A DNA stretch of 53,920 nucleotides, the filler included, from Sphacelaria rigidula (lineage: Eukaryota): NCBI GenBank assembly GCA_964200075.2. It is 4 parts of 4 records of this genome, joined end to end, with 100 filler letters (N's around TTAATTAATTAA, not from the genome) between each part and the next. Parts side by side here need not be neighbours in the genome. Positions count along the whole stretch, not along the records: positions 40,520 to 53,920 come from CAXNAA020002903.1; 3 more parts are not named here. The stretch is one strand, 5' to 3'. Shown here one piece after another: positions 47,001 to 53,920 of the stretch; position 1 is the stretch's first letter; each line of letters starts with the position of its first letter. The translations under genes were made by a program, and so were the position numbers. A model generated the notes under the pieces. The model ran no database searches. It saw nothing but the letters and a program-made list of their open reading frames with translations, and had not been told where the DNA came from.

Positions 47001-47053
47001 CGCACAGTATAGGGACCGCACGGTACAGGGACCGCACAGTACAGGGACCGCAC
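47001..47053. repeat. 16-bp minisatellite (cgcacagtacagggac) x ~3.3
   Basis: Direct tandem copies visible. Confidence 0.9.
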
Positions 47054-50000
47054 TTGCCTCCAACTCGTTTTCTCGCCCAGGGTCGTCGTCTTGCGTGTCT
47101 TCCTTGCCAATGCCACGGGATCTCCCAGAGGGCTCTTCGCTCCCAAAAGACTCCACAGCCCAGGATCGGTACCGAGTGGTCTCCGGGAGAGGAACCTAGC
47201 GCGCGCAGCGTTCGAAGATAGCAGAAGTGGATACGGAAGAGACAGTGTAGAGTGCGTTGTTGTACGGGGAGGGTGCCTTCGAGTATACGCGACATGAGAA
47301 CGACGCTCGATATGCACGTCCAAGTGTTTATTGTGGTGTGCACGCGCACATGGATACGTGTAGGTATGCGTGCGCGGTAAAGTCCCCTCTCTACATGAAG
47401 CCGCGTATAGCGACTTCAACAGGTAGGTTTCGATAAAAAAAAACTGTCGATTGGGGCTCGCAAGGTGGTACATACACCAGGGCTATTAAAGTTCCTCACT
47501 GTAAACTAAACAGCACAGTTTCTACACCGACTGGGCTGTCTACACATCACATGATGAAAATCATCTCGCAAAACGAACGGCTCACTCGCTACTCGTATAC
47601 AACAACATCACACTTCAGGCAACAGCGGAATTAAAATAAATCTGGACGGTCGGCCAAAAGAACTGATGCTCAAACGGTTATCTTGCAGTGCTGTACGGGC
47701 GAAATATCTTCACCTTTTGTGATATTTTCATGTATACTTCAATACATGGCACCGGCCGCTCCGTCATGAAAACACTAGCCATACCAGACAAACACACAAA
47801 AACAGTGACCACAACCGCTCGACACCGGAGGATTCAAGATGAACCTTGGTGAGGGACACTCTCAATCTTTTGACAGTGAAGCACACGGGCACTTCTCACT
47901 ACCAAAAGGAATTTCGTTTGTACACGAATATTGATGGTGCGGAGGGGATCGCATGAGCACAAATAGAGGACAGAAGGACTGCGTGATAGTTAACCAGTCA
48001 ACATGTCCGAGCCCTACAATGACCGAAACATGGCGAACGCGGACAATGCCAGATCATAACCGATGTGTAAACAGCATCAAAGCGCCGTTATGGAACTTTT
48101 CATGCGTTGCCTGAATGTACAGCAGTAGTAGTCGAAACACCACCGGCGTATAGCATCAAAACTCCGTAAAACCGGATGGATAACACTCGCAGGTTACCCA
48201 GTAACTCTACCTTACTTCTACCACAGACGAACGCTGCAGCATTTAGTTGATTTGCCGAGTTCAACAGCAAGTAAGCTCACCGAGTGAGGGCGTAGCCGTC
48301 GACTCCCGAATCGTTCTGCCCCACGAAAACTAGCCTGCACTACCCGGAGCGACCCCGTTGCGCCATGCTTCCACTCTAAACTCGCTCTAGAGCTCTCTCT
48401 ACCGCCCCATGTTAGCGCGGGGGTGGGGGACAGAGATCGCACATGTCCCGGAGAGTAACCGACGGTTCTTGGCCGTACGGAGTCCAAGAGTGTATCGTAG
48501 AAATCCGGGGGCTCCGTCTCATTGTCGACTCGCCTATTTTCTCATTGCAAAGACATGCCGGAGATTGCTTGGGGCTGACGTTTTCGGAGCTCGAGAACAT
48601 GATCTCTTCGCAAATCAACGAGGTTCTGCACAGCAGTCCGACTCCATCTGCCCCATTCAAAAAGATTCAGAAGAGAGTCCAACTTGTTTGCTACTTCTTT
48701 GTATCAATCCGTGTTACAGGCGTGTACAGGGGGATGGGTTCTATTAGACGGGATGCATGTGGCGCGTGCGTGTGGCATTGAGTGTGGGGGAAGAAACAGT
48801 TGGCGGAAACTTTGCGCTGGATTTTACTCCTGTTTCGAAGTGACTTCGACGACAAACGGCGGAGGGTGTTGAGACTTATGAGGAGCCCACCAGGGGAGGA
48901 AGGAGGCAAAGATACATCGCAGTGTGCGTGGCAATAACAGCAATGATTAGGTCTCATCGGAGGGTTTCGAGGGGAAAAGACGGGTGAACCTAGGATAACG
49001 GGGTGTAGCACGCTTATACAGGGTTGTACACTTGCAGATCCAAAGCATGCTCTTCACTCACCCGGGGTCGGTCCGGAAGTGTGGCAGAACTTGAACATTA
49101 ACGTCATTTCACGGATATGCATTTTTGCTGGGTTTCAAGGGCAATACTGTACACGCACCGATAGCTAAACCCCGACTTGGGGGGGCAGGACTCGTCTCGT
49201 ATCGGGTGCGTCTCGTCGAGAAAGCGTTTTACGGCCTGCATTTCTTCGGCGTAGTCAAGTAAGCTGCCCTCCTCGCGCTTTCGCCGGAACGAGAAGGCAT
49301 TCTGCAAGACATTCACGGCACAGTACAACATAGGAGATTGAGCGGCGGCGCTCATTGTGGTGTTCAGCATCGGCTTGAAGAAGCGAATGTGTCCGGCACG
49401 ACATGCCCAACACAATCTGGGTGTTGTATGCGTCAAGTTATTGAACCAGAATCTCACCAGGTTCTTCAGCCGTTTTCAATTGTCAATTTATGAAGCATGC
49501 CACAGGTGCGTTATCTCTGCGTCGCTCTGTGTGCTGCCACAGTGTCACCAGTTTGATTCAAATCATGTATGCCGCGAACCAAAACGGTGACCACACCGCA
49601 TGAAATTTGCTCACATTGCGACTTGGTGAGTGGCGGGTGCTTCAAAATGCACGGGTCGCTCGTAATTTATTCAGCTCTTTTTCTGCTCAAGTTTTGAACA
49701 TGCCGCTATGCATTGCACACACATCTGTAATCACGTATTGTTTTTACATTAAACACGTGGTGTACCCTTGTATTATATTGAGATGAGGCTGAGGATAAGC
49801 AACACGACTCAGCACGCTCGACACTGGTCACAGGGAGCCACGCAATCATAACACGGTCGGTTGTGATTCACTCGCTGTGTGTTCCGTGTGTTGAGTGTAC
49901 TGCACTCGCTATACTTCTCTGTCGCGCAAAATGCAAACGCCGCGCTGAAAACTAATAACTCTCGCGTGTTCCATGTTCCAGGTGATTTTATGCTGTGCAC

Positions 50001-50371
50001 GTTCGGGTTTAGAACCTACATCAATGTGTGTGCATGAACGCAGTTTTGATGTTCATATTTCATGTTCGTGCATGTGCGTGCTCGGAAAATATTGACTTGG
50101 AATCAGAAGATTCGAAATCGATCAATCGCTGCGACACGCCAACTCTTCAATAGCAGTTCTCGTCGAGAACAGCACGGAATCTAGAGTTGTTGTGTTTTTG
50201 CTTCGTGCGCCAACACATCTTGCACCACATTACAAAGCCGATTTGAGCCCAACGGTATAAACCAGGCTATTTCAGGAGCGATCGTGTATGAGGAAAGAAA
50301 TTGGTTACACGACGCGCGTCATTGCGGGTTCAGGGATCCAAATTCGGTGCTTACAGTGTAACACACTACAA

Positions 50372-50886
50372 TAGTGGGCGGTCTAACTATTCATTTTGTG
50401 GCATTTTGTGATTTTTACGCTTGCCACCGGTTATCACGTCGGGGATGTATATATATTTGTATCCGCTCCACATTCCAAGAGGAAAAGGTCACCTGTACTC
50501 AATATTGACTGACTCACGGGCTGACCGGTAATCGGGGGTCCTGCCACGTTTCAGCCCAGATTCTTACTCTTCTGTATTTTCGGTCGATCGAGCCCGTCGC
50601 GATCATATTTGTGAAGAAATGTACAGTTTTATTTTTCGAAATTCTGCCTACTCATTGCACTAGGGTCGAAAAACTGTGCTTCACGGTCAATGACACCCTC
50701 GTGATGAACGGGGTATTTACTCCTTTCGGCCGATACCACCGACTAACGCTGACTTGGGCACTGTGTATCGACGTTGATCTGTTTTGTTGTACCAAAATCT
50801 ACCGACGCTAGCAATTTCGAGCTCTATCGAAGAGAAGTACGCGAGAAAAAACCCAAAACACCCCGAAATAGTTAGACCGCCCACTA
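50372..50886. mobile_element. Non-autonomous TIR element (20-bp perfect TIR)
   Basis: tagtgggcggtctaactatt (50372) / aatagttagaccgcccacta (50867-50886); no clear TSD. Confidence 0.7.
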
Positions 50887-53800
50887 GTGTATATCTGCGA
50901 GGAGGTGCTCGTGCTGCTCGCAGTTGGGTTACGGTCTACTGAAGTATACTTGGAAGTAAATAAAGAATGAATGATTTCGGTAAACGTCGCTGGGACGAGT
51001 TTTTGGCTACCGACCAACTATACTCGCCGTCTCATTAGTATATAGGTCATAACGTTTGGTGTCGGTCTGAGGATGGGAAGACGTCGGAAATGTGGACAAA
51101 AACACATCATCGACAGCACCAGACAGGCGGTGAGCGCAGCAAAAACGAACAAGCGAACAATCAGCAGGTTCGCAGGTGATTCTGGTCTCATCAAAGTCAA
51201 TTAGATTCCATCGATAACATATTATTTCACCAAGTGCTCAATACCACATAAAACCGAGGAACGCCCGACGGAAAGAGTGAACCATCAATCCACACATGCA
51301 CATATACACATGCTTCACCTCCGAAAGAGCGTGTCGATGGCACTCTCGACGTTGAGCCATCTCCCTCTCCTCCTCCACTACCCACGGACTAACACACAGT
51401 CCCCCCAACACGCCCGGCCGTAGAAACTTCCCCGTAGGGATGTCCTTGACACCGCGCGGCCCCCTAACAGACCGTCGAGGCTTCACCCGAACTCTAAACG
51501 ATATGCCCTTTTTTCCACGAGCAGCGAAGCCGTGTGTGGCCGGTGTATGCCCCCGTAGACACAACGGCTTGGTCGGGGGATATTTGGGGTCCGATGGGGG
51601 GACGCTGCTCTTCTCGTGAGCCCGGGCCAGAGCGCGCGATGTGATCAGCTTTTGTTTTCGTCGGTCCATGATCGGTACCTGTGGGACCATCGTTTTTGGT
51701 GGGCTGTCATTCGAAACTGCGGGTGCGGCACGCAAGCTGTACGCGTCTCTGTTTCAGTCTCTGGGTCTGCCTGTCTCTATCTTTATGTCGGTGCGTGCTT
51801 TCTCTATCGAGAATGATCTGGTGTGGTCTTAACCGGCTGCGCATGTGCCGCACGTGTTTCCACCGACGATCCATCAATTACGTCAGGGGTTCAACGCTGA
51901 CGATGGGAAACATGCATCCAACATCACTCGGCTGACGACTTACATTGCTACGAATGGGAAGCAAGTATTGAGTGTCAAAGCGGCCGCCTTTGACAGGGTG
52001 GGGGTAAGAGTCTCGACTGCCATCTGATGTAGAGTGCAGGTGTGCGTGGGACTTAGTCTGACGAATTCGAGCTTACGGCCGGCCATGACTGCAGTACCTT
52101 CCTCCGTACACAACGAGCACCAGCTCTCGTCATGTGCGGCGTAATGGCTACACCGTAGCTGCCTGAACGGGTGTCTTGAACTGAAGCCTCACACTTATCT
52201 ATGAGGGAGAAACATGTGCTGCAGACGCATCTTAACAAATATGAACGCGTTGTCTCTCTTCGCCCATCAAATATTTCCTCTCCTGAATTCCATATATAGA
52301 CTGAGGGATTACTTACCCCTGTGGTGTGCAGGAAAGTCGGCATGCCGGAACTAATTGCACTACTCAACATGCTCTGATCTGCCCCTGGTGGGGTTGTTGA
52401 ACCGTGGCCATCCCCGTTTTGCTCACGTGCGGTCGATAAAGTAGAAGACGTGACCCCATCTGCACCCGCGATTTCTGCCGGGAATAAGGGTATCGAAATG
52501 CTCGTGGCCATAATTTCTCAAGGCTCCGCGCAGAGTGGTACGTGTGGCGCCGCGTGAAGTAGCTAGCAGGCAACGTCCACACTTGAAAAAAAGCGGCGCA
52601 AATGGTTTCGTTTGGACTTCTCATCCCAACGATAAATGACACATCAAGTACCGGCGTCGCTGGAGGTCTGACGGAGTATACACTTTACATTGCATTCGGG
52701 ACGATAGATAGATATCATATTCGACGGTCAGACCTTGGTACTTCGGGATAATGTTGATGATACGACTGATGCCGCGATAGCCCCTCCCCCAGAAAAGTAG
52801 CTGGCTCGAGGAGGCAAAATCTTCATGTAAATCATAGCGTATTCGTGGGGACAGGAGCTAGACGGACGCCCGGATGGGTAGGGTGACTCGTGTACAGAGT
52901 CGAGCTAGGGGACATTGTAGGAGGTTTGGTCGGTGAGGGACATTTTTGTTTTACTTCCCAAGTCCTACACTACCTGGGTGGGGGGACACTCCCACCTTGG
53001 TGCCTATTCATACATCCGTTGAACATGTCTACCCTCGGGTGGGCATGTTTGACGGGCGGAGCGACTCGAAGCGCTGCACGAAACTAGAAAAAATAGCGAA
53101 GTGCATGAATAAAAGGTTCCTTCCTGTCCTCTGGGGACAAAAAAAAGGGGGGGAGCTATTTACCGGCTACAATACCTGCTACCATGCAAGGGCGCCGGAT
53201 TACGCTGCGTGGTCTGATCGATCATGCGGGCACTGTCATCAACCCACACTGTACCGCCATACCCGAAAATCAATACGGCCTGGTGGAGGCAGTTGAGGGA
53301 CGGACTGATACAGAACTTGAAAATCAACATAATAACAACGGGGTTCTTCCTCACTTGTCCTGGATTTGGCGTGCGCGTTGCTGACGCCAAAATGATCGCT
53401 CTTTTTTTCGCAGAGTGCTTTTTCGCGAAGGGTTACTCATTTCGCCCCGCAGAGACACGTATTGAACAACGTGTTCCGAAAAACAAGCGGCTAGGTCGTC
53501 TGCAATCTCGTTCATTCCTCGGGAATCGATGTCTGAATCATCCCCTTCGGTCCACGGGTCGTATATAGGGCGCGGTGTGCGTGAAGGGGACAATCTGTGC
53601 TGAAAAATGACAGGGGTGCTCCGAAGACACGCAATTTTTCCTCCGAGAACCCCGAGCGTCCCTGGACCTGAAATTTGCCATTGAACGAGATCTTATCAGA
53701 GGAAACTGCAAACAAGGTGATATTGTTTACTCTGAAGTAAAATAGTGCCTTGACCTAAATTCTGGGAAACATATCTCCTGTTTCCACTCGTTTCGTGCCT

Positions 53801-53920
53801 TGCTTCGGCCGATCTGGGTCCACACGGAGAAATTGTCGAAGGGACGAAGAGTGATACTACGGTAGGGGTACAGAAATAATTTCTGAGGTTAGAATTGTTA
53901 GGAGCCCCTTCTCTCATCCA

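Overview
Eukaryotic, intron- and repeat-rich DNA whose gene structure and repeats look like a brown alga (stramenopile). It is not one locus. It consists of four contigs of almost identical length (1-13407, 13508-26913, 27014-40419, 40520-53920) joined by artificial 100-nt N44-TTAATTAATTAA-N44 linkers. Contig 1 holds eight phase-consistent internal exons of kinesin-associated protein 3 (KAP3/KIFAP3, + strand). Contig 2 holds the last four exons of Ku70 (XRCC6, - strand, ending in a SAP domain), a decayed Ty3/gypsy integrase region, a hAT remnant with TIRs and an 8-bp TSD, and several MITE/foldback elements. Contig 3 holds the 5' part of a spliced DHH-family phosphoesterase gene. It resembles the N-terminal DHH module of cyanobacterial DHH-CBS A-adding tRNA nucleotidyltransferases and has a long His/Ser/Arg/Gly-rich N-terminal extension. 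Contig 4 is mostly a decayed Ty3/gypsy element (LTR, PBS, protease, RNase H and integrase relics), tandem repeats, MITEs and a possible unidentified multi-exon minus-strand gene or pseudogene. Reading-frame phase points to two GC-AG introns. I found no convincing wholly new system. The most interesting items are the cyanobacterial-type DHH gene, the GC donors, a duplicated KAP3 exon start and a double-hairpin element.
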